From IMG/VR virus record IMGVR_UViG_3300017992_000735: a stretch of DNA of 64,000 bases, one strand, 5' to 3'. Made by a program: the position numbers and the translations under genes. The notes under the pieces were generated by a model. It did no database searches. It was not told the origin of the DNA and was given only the letters and a program-made list of their open reading frames with translations. The stretch comes from an uncultured virus (IMG/VR IMGVR_UViG_3300017992_000735) (lineage: Duplodnaviria > Heunggongvirae > Uroviricota > Caudoviricetes). Below, piece by piece: positions 20,033 to 29,137 of this stretch (positions are counted from its first letter, which is position 1; every line of letters starts with the position of its first letter).

Positions 20033-20397
20033 TGTACTATCCTCCTATCCATCCTTTCTAGTCCCACAGACAAGTGGCTCCGTGGGTCGCTAGGGAGTAA
20101 ACTATCTACTTGTACTCCTGTAACTCGAAAGTCGTAATCAGCCCAGGCACCAGTCTCGGGAGTTATTATATCCCTTTCAGTGATGTTTCTATCACTTGGC
20201 TGAACGACCATTGAGAACACCTTCCCAGTTTGGACTCCTTGAGCTCTTAGATCAGCGCTGGGCCTAACTGCTGAGATCCTTGCCTCAACGTGTTCTGCAA
20301 TGGTTGATAATGTGTATTGTCGTCCGCCGGAAGCTGTATCTGCTGAGGCGTCTTCTCTTTTGATAGTGACTAGGATGTTTTGGCCTTGGAGAGACAC
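20029..20397 (-). CDS. Head closure / head-tail joining protein
   Basis: 122 aa; VTIKR..GG....ARI..ITERDII..FRVTGV pattern; position. Confidence 0.7.
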   Translation of the reverse strand: MSLQGQNILVTIKREDASADTASGGRQYTLSTIAEHVEARISAVRPSADLRAQGVQTGKVFSMVVQPSDRNITERDIITPETGAWADYDFRVTGVQVDSLLPSDPRSHLSVGLERMDRRIVQ

Positions 20398-20699
20398 TAT
20401 TGTACCTCAAACATACTAAATTCTCTGAAAATCCTTTCTTTGAATGCTGGATGACATATAAACATCATCTTAAACTTGATAGGATCCATGTAAGAGTACA
20501 TTGCTGGCTCTTTGATCTTTATAACCTTGGTTTTCTTAAATGGTTGCCAAGGAAATGAAAATAATCGTTCCCATAGAGTTCTGGGAACCTCTTCTTCCTT
20601 TTCAGCAAGAGAGTTAGTATCCCACTTGATATCTATAAAACCAAGGTTAACTGCTCGGCCTTTGTAACCTAAGTCAAAGCTTTTGTATTGTTGAGTCAT
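20397..20699 (-). CDS. Hypothetical protein
   Basis: ORF overlaps both neighbours; RTLWERLFSFPWQPF motif. Confidence 0.6.
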   Translation of the reverse strand: MTQQYKSFDLGYKGRAVNLGFIDIKWDTNSLAEKEEEVPRTLWERLFSFPWQPFKKTKVIKIKEPAMYSYMDPIKFKMMFICHPAFKERIFREFSMFEVQ

Positions 20700-21388
20700 G
20701 GGTAACCTCTTCCAGTAATCCCCAGGAATCTCTTTTTCTTTATCATGTTTAGAAGGTTTAGGGCCTGCACCACTCTAGGATCTGAGCTAATACTGTTCAT
20801 CCAGGTAGCAGTTTCTCCATAGCTCTCCGAGTAATCCATACTCGACCAGGACTTGATAAACTTCTCACCCTCAGCAGTTAAGCTAGTAATTTGAGGGAGT
20901 AGATACTTCGCAATCTGGCAAACAGCCATTCGAAGCACAGATCCAAGTTTAGTGCCTGTAAACGCTCCTGAAGCAAACCCCGCCGTGTACGTTACCCTTA
21001 CTCTAGCAGGACACTCGCACCCACACCACCTCCCCCTAGCCGTGCAGCAGGGAAATGCGCTACAGGCTACGGCCAAGATAATTCCTTGTTCTGCGTCGAG
21101 AGTAACTGCGCATTCTTCATCGTCTTGCCATTCACAATCACAGTCTAAAAAATGTAAAGAGGTCACAGTGTCTATGGATATTATACGTCTTTTCTTTAAT
21201 TGTAGTTCCTTCTGGAACGGCCAAGGGTACTCCTCAGTCTGAGCCGTGGGAGTTAGAGGAGTCATCAGGTACTCCTCAGCCAACCACTCCCCAATGTCAA
21301 GAGCTAACTGAACCTGAGTAGATGTGTATGAACCTGTCGAATCTCCACAATAGTCAGAGAAATCCGAGGTGGTGACGATATCTGACAT
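20696..21388 (-). CDS. Head-tail adaptor (Cys-rich)
   Basis: VRVTYTAGF and KSWSSMDYSESY adaptor motifs. Confidence 0.75.
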   Translation of the reverse strand: MSDIVTTSDFSDYCGDSTGSYTSTQVQLALDIGEWLAEEYLMTPLTPTAQTEEYPWPFQKELQLKKRRIISIDTVTSLHFLDCDCEWQDDEECAVTLDAEQGIILAVACSAFPCCTARGRWCGCECPARVRVTYTAGFASGAFTGTKLGSVLRMAVCQIAKYLLPQITSLTAEGEKFIKSWSSMDYSESYGETATWMNSISSDPRVVQALNLLNMIKKKRFLGITGRGYP

Positions 21389-21600
21389 TAGACCTCATTG
21401 GATTGGGCCTCTCGTGCCTCCCTCATCTTTTTCATTTTCAACTCAGCGTACTTGTTTAAATCTTCTTCTGTAAAATCAAAGTTCTCAGCCAGGATCTCTA
21501 AAGTCATAACTTCCCGTGTGGTCATTTCTACGGCCAGAGCTTCTTTGACTACTTCAAGTATCCAAGTTCCTTGGGCTGCTTCCTTTAATTTTCCCATCAC
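21388..21600 (-). CDS. Hypothetical protein (near-leaderless, from class II promoter)
   Basis: Starts 4 nt after the TAAAAT box. Confidence 0.55.
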   Translation of the reverse strand: MMGKLKEAAQGTWILEVVKEALAVEMTTREVMTLEILAENFDFTEEDLNKYAELKMKKMREAREAQSNEV

Positions 21601-21604
21601 TCAT

Positions 21605-21635
21605 ATTTTAACACAGAAAGGGCGAAAATCAAAAT
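21605..21635 (-). promoter_or_regulatory. Class II (putative late) promoter
   Basis: ATTTTGATT, 16 nt containing CCCT and TGT, TAAAAT; same pattern at 48991 and 61960. Confidence 0.65.
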
Positions 21636-21653
21636 GTTTCGCCTCGAGTTCTG

Positions 21654-21725
21654 AAAATTTTAAGGTTCCACCTCTTGACAAAAACTGAATTCTGTGTTAT
21701 AATGTAATCACAACAATGAAAGGAG
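21654..21725 (+). promoter_or_regulatory. Class I promoter cassette, antisense within the late operon
   Basis: TTGACA 21675-21680, 17 nt, TATAAT 21698-21703, CAATGAAAGGAG; 40 nt identical to the copy near 53150-53188. Confidence 0.85.
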
Positions 21726-21733
21726 CGCAGATC

Positions 21734-21898
21734 ATGAATAGAATAGCGATATGTGATTTTTGTGGGAGTAAAATAACAATAGTCATCAGGATGTCAGCCA
21801 ATCGGTTCGATGACATGTACGTAGTATGTAAAACCTGCGGTAAGAAGGCAGATATTAACATTGAATATGACAACGAAAGAACCTCAGAGTTTGACTAG
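21734..21898 (+). CDS. Small zinc-ribbon protein
   Basis: CDFCG...CKTCG; has its own promoter and RBS. Confidence 0.65.
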   Translation: MNRIAICDFCGSKITIVIRMSANRFDDMYVVCKTCGKKADINIEYDNERTSEFD

Positions 21899-21976
21899 CT
21901 AAGCATAACTCCATTGAGTAGGTTGCACCTTAGAGTGTGGACACCTTTGGGGAAGAGCAAAGTCCTCTAGCGAAAG

Positions 21977-23032
21977 CTAGGGGCTTTGCCATTTTTCCAC
22001 CCAATCCCTCACCAGAACCTCAAAGTCGTAACTCCTAGCACATTCCTGAGCAGTGTGCGCCATATTCATTAGTTTGGCTTGATCCATTAGGAGCGAATTA
22101 ACTTTCGACACAAAGTTCCAGTCGTGCTCAGAAGTCCCAACTTCTCCTGGAATCAAATAACCCGTTTCTCCATCTACCACTCGCTCGTGTAGAGCAGCCA
22201 CGTCGGAACAAACCAAAACAGATCCTGCTGCTGCTGCCTCTAATGCCGATATACAACACGTCTCCTTAAAGGCGGTGGGGTACAAAAACAGTTCAGATTT
22301 AAGCTGCCACTCTCTCAACTCCTCTGCTCCAACGTGGACATGGTTGACAATGTTGTGCCCGGTCTTTTCTAAAAATTCAGCTTGAGCGTACTGAGCAGCG
22401 CACATATTCTGGTTCTCCTCGGGTTTCGCTCCCCAGCCGTAGTAACTTGAAAATAAGTGTAAAGAAGCCTCTGGCTGGAGGACTTGGATTTTGGGCCAGA
22501 TGTCGAGGATATGAGACAAGCCACGTTCAGGAGTACTGGTATGGATGCACATGCCTCGAACTTTGTCAATTTTCTTCTCAAACTCCTCTAACTTGATTCC
22601 GTTGGCTGTAACCATGCAGTATTCATCTGGAATATTCTCCTCAGTGGCAATTTTGTCTTTTTGCCACTGAGACACAAACATCACCAAATCAACCAACCCA
22701 TTTCTAACATCATCTCCTAGTCCAACACTTTCCGTGTCAGCCAGGATAATGACCTTGAGTCCCTTAGGGCGCTCTTTGAAAATCTCCCTCATCCGGAAAC
22801 TGACGAAGACATCTCGGTCCTCCTGGGGGTTGAAACGAGAGATGTTAGACCAGAAAACTTCACTGGATGTAGTTTCAATGGGAGAGCGGTTATAGAGCCT
22901 CACTTGGTGGCCCTGTCTGGCTAGTTCCCTTGCTGACTGGACGATAAACCCCTCAGTTCCACCTAAGCCTTTTTGTTCTAGGTCGGAGTCAGTAAATGGG
23001 GGGTTGTTGCTATAATGCAGATCAACCTTCAC
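21977..23032 (-). CDS. Glycosyltransferase, GT4 family
   Basis: GLGGTE; ETCCISALEAAAAG (Ex7E). Confidence 0.88.
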   Translation of the reverse strand: MKVDLHYSNNPPFTDSDLEQKGLGGTEGFIVQSARELARQGHQVRLYNRSPIETTSSEVFWSNISRFNPQEDRDVFVSFRMREIFKERPKGLKVIILADTESVGLGDDVRNGLVDLVMFVSQWQKDKIATEENIPDEYCMVTANGIKLEEFEKKIDKVRGMCIHTSTPERGLSHILDIWPKIQVLQPEASLHLFSSYYGWGAKPEENQNMCAAQYAQAEFLEKTGHNIVNHVHVGAEELREWQLKSELFLYPTAFKETCCISALEAAAAGSVLVCSDVAALHERVVDGETGYLIPGEVGTSEHDWNFVSKVNSLLMDQAKLMNMAHTAQECARSYDFEVLVRDWVEKWQSP

Positions 23033-23229
23033 TTTAACCTCCTCAGGACTTTATTCTGTAGCTTCTCAATCTTCTTTATTCGCTGCTGCTTTAGCTTTTG
23101 CAGTTTGGCCTTGTGCTTCTCTGTTACTTTGATATGAGCTTCTCTGTACCAATCATGCAGTCGTTCCTGCTCTTCTTTTGATAATCCCGACTGCTCAATT
23201 AGTTTGTAAATTTCCTTCGCTTCTTTCAT
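23029..23229 (-). CDS. Small basic coiled-coil hypothetical protein
   Basis: GGAGGAG RBS; overlaps both neighbours. Confidence 0.55.
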   Translation of the reverse strand: MKEAKEIYKLIEQSGLSKEEQERLHDWYREAHIKVTEKHKAKLQKLKQQRIKKIEKLQNKVLRRLK

Positions 23230-24073
23230 ACTCCTCCTTCCACGGCAGAGCGAATTTGTAGTCGTCGTACTTCATAAGTTGGCTCATTCTAAACCGGAAA
23301 ATCTGTTCGTTCTTCTGAGCAGTTGCTGTGTTACCGCTCCCACCAGCGTAGTGCACCAATTGTGCTTTTGGTTGATAAACTACCTTGTAGCCTAGCCTCT
23401 GAGTCAGGATGCACAACTCACAATCTTCAAAGTTTCCTGGACCGTAAATCTCATTGAATCCCCCAACTTGTTTGAAAATATTTCTCCTAACCATCAAACA
23501 AGCGCCAGTTACAATCTGGTGTTCTCTGCGAATGTTAACTCTCGGGTCATCTGGTGGCCAACCTACGCAGATATGGAATGGCTGGCCTAGAATATTCACA
23601 GCCACCCCCGCGTGCTGGATTGTTCCTGCAGGCCGTTTGGTGTCTCCCCCAGTGTCTTCTGGAAAAATGAGTTTGGCTCCTACGACCCCAACACTCCAGT
23701 CGTCAAACTCATCTACCATATGCTTCAACCAACCGTCTTCAATGATCTCGATGTCGCTATTGAGAAATAAGATTAGTGGGGCAGAACATTTCTTGCTAGC
23801 CCAGTTGTTTATTCCAGCAAACCCTCTGTTCTGGCCAGATCTCAGAACTTTGGTGTGGGGACGGGATTGGATACTGTCATAATATTTATAAAGCTCTCCT
23901 CGTCCCCGTTTGTTGGGAGTACAATCGTCTGCTATGATGAGATTATAGGGTACTCCTGCATCGAACTGGTCCAGAGTATTTAACAGGCTTTTTAAAAATT
24001 TTAGCCCACCATAAACTGCAACTATGATGTCTACAGGAGCGCCGGTTGGTTTTCTCTTTCTTTTTTTTCTCAT
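23195..24073 (-). CDS. Glycosyltransferase, GT2 family
   Basis: IIADDCT; NRGFAGINN; FLNSD; VTGACLMVRR; FEDCELC. Confidence 0.9.
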   Translation of the reverse strand: MRKKRKRKPTGAPVDIIVAVYGGLKFLKSLLNTLDQFDAGVPYNLIIADDCTPNKRGRGELYKYYDSIQSRPHTKVLRSGQNRGFAGINNWASKKCSAPLILFLNSDIEIIEDGWLKHMVDEFDDWSVGVVGAKLIFPEDTGGDTKRPAGTIQHAGVAVNILGQPFHICVGWPPDDPRVNIRREHQIVTGACLMVRRNIFKQVGGFNEIYGPGNFEDCELCILTQRLGYKVVYQPKAQLVHYAGGSGNTATAQKNEQIFRFRMSQLMKYDDYKFALPWKEEYERSEGNLQTN

Positions 24074-24146
24074 AAAATTTTAAGGTTCGACCCCTTGACA
24101 AAATGATGTTTTTGTGTTATAATGTAAGTACAAACAATGAAAGGAG
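24074..24146 (+). promoter_or_regulatory. Class I promoter cassette, antisense within the glycan cluster
   Basis: TTGACA 24095-24100, 17 nt, TATAAT 24118-24123, CAATGAAAGGAG. Confidence 0.85.
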
Positions 24147-24153
24147 AATTAGA

Positions 24154-24372
24154 ATGGCTGATAAAGAGTTATTTGATAAGATCAAAGCCTACATGATTGA
24201 AGTTATGGACGAGCATATTGACCCCCTCACAGATGAGACGAACACAGCCACATTGGTAGAAGATGCTGCTGATAAGTTCGGCCTATATGTGAAGGACAAA
24301 GAGGGCAGTATCTACCCGGAGGATTGGCTATTCGACCTTGCGTTCTACGTATACCGAGATTATTGCCCTTAG
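24154..24372 (+). CDS. Small acidic hypothetical protein
   Basis: Own promoter and RBS; stop codon overlaps the stop of the convergent GT gene. Confidence 0.7.
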   Translation: MADKELFDKIKAYMIEVMDEHIDPLTDETNTATLVEDAADKFGLYVKDKEGSIYPEDWLFDLAFYVYRDYCP

Positions 24373-25475
24373 TCAACTAAGATCTCCACACAATCCTCCC
24401 AAGTTGGGTAGTCACTAAAATCTCCCACCATTTCCGGATGATTGAAAATATGGTCGATTGCTTCGGCAGCAGCTTCCTCATCTATCCAGTATCTCCTTTG
24501 GTTGCCGAGTGGAAATATCGTGGGGGGTCCCTTAGGCGGAATTTTTATTCCTCCAGGAGCCTCACTGATGGCAGTACAATCCGTTGCCACCCAAGGAAGC
24601 CCACAAGCTGCTGCCTCCCTTAAGATTAACCCATACCCCTCCGCCTGACTAGGAAGTAGGAACACATCTGCTGCTCTGTAGTGCTCTCTTAGTAAATCTT
24701 TTGATAATCCCCCTACCCAGACAAAGCGGTTCTGTAGGTCGTAATCTCTTGCCAGAGCGTGCAGATCCCACCCCTCGTAGGGGCTCCCCTTGTGCTCTTT
24801 GCTCGGGGCTACAATGACTAGCATCGCTTCTTCTTTGAGTCTAGACACAATCTCAAAGCAGGCGGGGAGGTTCTTGCGGTCATTGTTGTCTGCAACTGTC
24901 AAAACGATTTTACTATTTGCTACGCGACTTAAAACATCCACAGGAGGTTCATTTGATTTGATCGCTATGTGCTTGAGCCAAAGTTGCCCACACTTTCCTC
25001 TAGCTAGGTTATTGTCCCCGGGAGTCCAGTAGTCTATATCTAAACCAAGAGGTAGGTAGGTAGTCTCTAATCCTGCTTTCTTACAAACTTCAACTCCAAA
25101 ACGAGAAATAACAAACCGTCTATCTAACTTCTCTGCTGCCTCCGGCCAAAGGAGGGGCCAACTTTCTATAGGAAAAACTGCTGTGTATTCCCAATCTCTA
25201 TCTTGCAGCGCGTTCTCTAGCCTAAGGTGTTTGTGAAGGTCAAAGATGAAAATAGTGTACTTAGCTTTAACTGCATCTCTTAGGTGGTTTACGTGGGCGG
25301 GGAGGGCTTGATAGATTCCAGAGATCAATGAAAATGGATAAGTGTGGTATTCTCCTTTGTAGCCGCAGTCAATAATATAGACATCATAGTCTCTCCCCAA
25401 AACCTTTCCAATCTCATGGGAGATAACTCGGTAGGAGATTGCGTCGTGGTTGGCAATGATAATACTTTCACACAC
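24369..25475 (-). CDS. Glycosyltransferase, GT4 family
   Basis: ADVFLLPSQAEGYGLILREAAACGLP. Confidence 0.9.
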   Translation of the reverse strand: MCESIIIANHDAISYRVISHEIGKVLGRDYDVYIIDCGYKGEYHTYPFSLISGIYQALPAHVNHLRDAVKAKYTIFIFDLHKHLRLENALQDRDWEYTAVFPIESWPLLWPEAAEKLDRRFVISRFGVEVCKKAGLETTYLPLGLDIDYWTPGDNNLARGKCGQLWLKHIAIKSNEPPVDVLSRVANSKIVLTVADNNDRKNLPACFEIVSRLKEEAMLVIVAPSKEHKGSPYEGWDLHALARDYDLQNRFVWVGGLSKDLLREHYRAADVFLLPSQAEGYGLILREAAACGLPWVATDCTAISEAPGGIKIPPKGPPTIFPLGNQRRYWIDEEAAAEAIDHIFNHPEMVGDFSDYPTWEDCVEILVD

Positions 25476-26325
25476 CTACTACCTCCAGGATTTGCTGTGC
25501 TCGGTGTCTATACGTATGCTTTTCTACAATCGAATTATGAGTGTAAACAGTCTCACACTCCAACGCTTCTTTGATGGTTGGGACAATTTCTTCCAAACTC
25601 TGGTAGGTAAACACTCCGGGGCAATTTCCCAAACCAGGAAGAAGATCCAATCCTAGAACATAGTTTGTAACGAGCGGAATTCCGCAAGACATGATCTCGA
25701 AGACTCGCATATTTATATCGTAGGCGATGTTTTGGCCGTAGAAGGAGCTAATGTTAAATCCAACTCGACTCTGCCGGTAAACTTTGGCCCCATCTTCCAT
25801 AATTGCGCCTTCGATCCCCGGCCAGTAGAAGTTGAACTCTTTACCCAACTTGTCTAAGATCTCTAGGCGGGTTGGATCATAACAATTTCCCACAAACGCT
25901 ACATCGTAAAGTTTGTTCTCCTTGGGATGGCTAGCCCAGACCTCGGGATCAGCAGCCAGCGGGAGCCAGGTAGAATCTATTCCCTTATCTCTTAATCTTA
26001 AAGTATCCTCATACTGAGCCTGAAAAACCCAACCACCAGCTTTGAAAATCTTTTCAGCCTGGGAATCATCATCTGGTTGCCTAACATCAGGATTGCAGTT
26101 TCTCCTTGAGTCAATAAACCAAAAAGCGCATCTGGACGCCCAACTATCCTGTACAACCAAAGGGCCGCCGCTGTCTACACACAAGTATAGGTCGACGGAA
26201 GGGTCATCTTCAGGAACTTGACCTTGAGTGATAAAAGCGTTGTGCCCCAGTTCTCTTAGCGCCTTCTCGAGGTATGTTGCTGGGTTATATCTAATGTAAG
26301 CTGCTACTGGGATCTGTATTTTCAT
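25468..26325 (-). CDS. CgeB-like (Glyco_trans_1_2) glycosyltransferase
   Basis: WLPLAADP; YDVAFVG; DINMRVFEIMSCG. Confidence 0.85.
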   Translation of the reverse strand: MKIQIPVAAYIRYNPATYLEKALRELGHNAFITQGQVPEDDPSVDLYLCVDSGGPLVVQDSWASRCAFWFIDSRRNCNPDVRQPDDDSQAEKIFKAGGWVFQAQYEDTLRLRDKGIDSTWLPLAADPEVWASHPKENKLYDVAFVGNCYDPTRLEILDKLGKEFNFYWPGIEGAIMEDGAKVYRQSRVGFNISSFYGQNIAYDINMRVFEIMSCGIPLVTNYVLGLDLLPGLGNCPGVFTYQSLEEIVPTIKEALECETVYTHNSIVEKHTYRHRAQQILEVVGV

Positions 26326-27049
26326 AATATCCTGTTTGGCACCGCCTCTTTATCAGTGCCCGGTCCTTCGCTGCTCTCTGAGTTTGTTCCGGGATAGAGA
26401 TGAAAGCATCCATAGTTTTATGTAGCAAGTGCTCGATGTAAGTATTTTTTAGTTCTGGTATGCGCTCAATTTTATATCTCAATTTCTGGACCATTCCACT
26501 TAGGTCTACATCATCGGCTACCAAAGAGAATTGCTCATCTGAAAAATATCCTCTGCTCTTAATAATTTCGTCGTGAACTCTTCTCGGTATGCAATCCCAG
26601 CCACCACCTATGAACGGAACACAGGTCTCTTGCATCCAATCTTGCCCAGCCATACCTACATCTGGGGTCATTGCCGCGTCTAAGATATTTAGCCATCCTG
26701 TCTTGTGGAACAGAATATCGTTGTTAAATAGTATCACCCTTTCACCCACAGTTAGCGGATACACTGTGTTTCGTGCTTTGGGCATAACCCCTTCCTGACC
26801 TCGGCTATCCCAGAAGTGGTATTGAAAACCTACACAATTTTGAGTAACTAAATTAGGGATTAGCTCCTGAGCTTTCTCCTGTGTGCCATCAATAGACCCA
26901 TTGTCCACAAACCAAAACTCATATTGAAAATCTGCCCCAATGTGCTCAAAGAAAGTTCGTAGAAACGGTTCTGTTAAACTATCCCACAGGTTAAAGCAGA
27001 CGACCATGATTGAATACGGAATCAACTGTATTTCTCCTTTAGCGCGCAA
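26291..27049 (-). CDS. Glycosyltransferase, GT2 family
   Basis: VDNGSIDGT; LFNNDI; DDVDLS. Confidence 0.8.
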   Translation of the reverse strand: MRAKGEIQLIPYSIMVVCFNLWDSLTEPFLRTFFEHIGADFQYEFWFVDNGSIDGTQEKAQELIPNLVTQNCVGFQYHFWDSRGQEGVMPKARNTVYPLTVGERVILFNNDILFHKTGWLNILDAAMTPDVGMAGQDWMQETCVPFIGGGWDCIPRRVHDEIIKSRGYFSDEQFSLVADDVDLSGMVQKLRYKIERIPELKNTYIEHLLHKTMDAFISIPEQTQRAAKDRALIKRRCQTGYYENTDPSSSLH

Positions 27050-28086
27050 AACTTTTTGAAAATTTTCTCAGGACTAAAGTCACTAAAATTATCCCCCAGA
27101 AAATAATCTAGGTCAAATACTCCCCAGCCCCGCATTAACTCAGTGCCGTCGTAGTTGATATGAGAATCGCTATAAGCCTCTCGTGTATGCTGATCGAAGA
27201 AGGCTATGGTTGGGACTCTTTGAGACAACGCTAAGTACATCATACCCCCAACTGCCCCCAGAAAATAGTCCATCTGTGCCATTTGACTAATCAGGGGAGC
27301 GACCGAGTTGTGAGTCCACCCCAAATCTACAAAGTTCTTCTGAGGCTCCAGTTTTACCTCTAGGTCATCCATACCCCCTAAGCGGAAAACAGTCCCCTCG
27401 AATTCTTCTTCCATAATCTCAAGGAAAGCGTTCCAATACGGCCAAGCCTTTTGGCGATCTTGCGTCCCAGCATGAGTGTGAATAGCTACAAAGGGTCGTT
27501 GGTGTTGCCCCCAGTCATAAGGGAATGACTGGAGAACACTTTCTGAAGGAGTAAAAGCCAACCAGTTTACGGCATTCGTGGGGTTGACTTTTGTCTGAAA
27601 GTGGTTCACCGCCCAATGGCCACAGAGAGTAGGGAGGGCGGGGGAGTAGGTGTGGATGTCGGTCATAAACACACCAACAGTCATGCCCCAGGCGATATCT
27701 CCCAATAGTGGTTTGAGTTCTCTAATAAGAATTTGGGCACATTCTGACCAGTTCTCTGGCCTTGGGTACCGCCGCCAGTCATCGTTTAGCCGTGCGTGGC
27801 GGTGTGCTATCATGCTGAGGTGGTAGTGGTCTTTAATGAGAATCCGCCAGGAACAAGGGAACCGCTCTACGAGGGGCTCGTAGCGGGTGGGAGTTACTAT
27901 GACAAGGCGTTTGTCGTTGATAATCGCATCTTGGAGTTCAGTAAAGTAAACAGCAGGAAACCAGGGGATGATCTCTCCCATGCAAACAAGAGGGGTTAGA
28001 ACCTTGGCCTTGCGTTCGTCTTCGTCGAACTTTTTGATAATAAGTGATTCTCGTTCCTCAATTTGTTCCATCCATAATCTCTCCAT
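27022..28086 (-). CDS. GT9 (heptosyltransferase)-like glycosyltransferase
   Basis: VAIHTHA..KAWPYW; FLGAVGGMMYLALSQRVPTIAFF. Confidence 0.65.
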   Translation of the reverse strand: MERLWMEQIEERESLIIKKFDEDERKAKVLTPLVCMGEIIPWFPAVYFTELQDAIINDKRLVIVTPTRYEPLVERFPCSWRILIKDHYHLSMIAHRHARLNDDWRRYPRPENWSECAQILIRELKPLLGDIAWGMTVGVFMTDIHTYSPALPTLCGHWAVNHFQTKVNPTNAVNWLAFTPSESVLQSFPYDWGQHQRPFVAIHTHAGTQDRQKAWPYWNAFLEIMEEEFEGTVFRLGGMDDLEVKLEPQKNFVDLGWTHNSVAPLISQMAQMDYFLGAVGGMMYLALSQRVPTIAFFDQHTREAYSDSHINYDGTELMRGWGVFDLDYFLGDNFSDFSPEKIFKKFCALKEKYS

Positions 28087-29137
28087 AGAGTTTGTTATAC
28101 TTTTGTGCCATTACTCGAGCATCAAATAGCTCCCGAACTCGTGCCTGCCCCTTCTCGCCCATATACTCTCTAAGTGGATTGTTTTCCAACAAAGCCAAAA
28201 TAGTATACGCCCACATCTTTCCATGATACTCCGCATCCCATCGGTCTTCCCAATACTGAGGAGGAACCAAATAAATAGCGTAAGGCCCGCCCAGCTCAAG
28301 GTTGGTTGCACATAGAGACCCAATCATAGGCACCCCTGCTCCCATGATCTCAGCACCAACTCGGCCAAATCCTTCAAAGAATCCCCAGGTAAGGAAGCAA
28401 CCGATGTCCATAGCTCCGTAGGCCAGATCTTTTCTCCGAATGCCTCCAGGAAGCAGGACATTCGCCCCGATCTCTTTTGCCAAGTCTTTGGCGGGCTCGT
28501 AACCGTCTTTATCCCCAAACATAATGAATTGGACCTCTGGATTGACTTCCTGAGTGTATTTTGCTATGCCGATAAACGCTCCCGGCCCCTTCCAAACAAT
28601 AAACCTACCAATCCACCCGACGACAGGTTTGTCAGGATCCAACCCCCAGTGCTCCTTTGCTGCTCGTTTATCACTGCACTGGAGCCGATCCACGTCTACA
28701 CTGTAGTAGATGAGTCTATGCCTATCCTCGGGGATATTATGGTGATAGTCGGCCTGCATCTGGCAAGGCGAAACCACCCACACTTCGTTACGGTAGTCCC
28801 AATGCACAGGTCCTCTTGTAGCAATAGTTGCCACACAAGGGATACCTTTTTCTAACCCAGCATCTATGGCTGCACAGCCAGTGTTTGCTCCTGGGTGCCC
28901 GTGGACAACGTCAACATGAAAAGATCGAAATATCTTTTTTATGTCTTCTTTCTCATTACTTACAACGATGTGAGGAACTCCCAGTGCCTCGAACTCAGCG
29001 TCTGTCCTCTCGTCGTGGTGCTTATCGGCATAGACAAACTGGATATTGCTTCTATCAGAGTATTTGATAATATCGAGAACGTGATCCGTAGGCCCGCCCA
29101 ATCCGGAGCCTTGGAGGTATTGTAGAATAGTTATCAT
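28058..29137 (-). CDS. Glycosyltransferase, GT4 family (tandem paralog)
   Basis: GLGG; EGFGRVGAEIMGAGVP; highly similar to 29134..30168. Confidence 0.88.
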   Translation of the reverse strand: MITILQYLQGSGLGGPTDHVLDIIKYSDRSNIQFVYADKHHDERTDAEFEALGVPHIVVSNEKEDIKKIFRSFHVDVVHGHPGANTGCAAIDAGLEKGIPCVATIATRGPVHWDYRNEVWVVSPCQMQADYHHNIPEDRHRLIYYSVDVDRLQCSDKRAAKEHWGLDPDKPVVGWIGRFIVWKGPGAFIGIAKYTQEVNPEVQFIMFGDKDGYEPAKDLAKEIGANVLLPGGIRRKDLAYGAMDIGCFLTWGFFEGFGRVGAEIMGAGVPMIGSLCATNLELGGPYAIYLVPPQYWEDRWDAEYHGKMWAYTILALLENNPLREYMGEKGQARVRELFDARVMAQKYNKLYGEIMDGTN

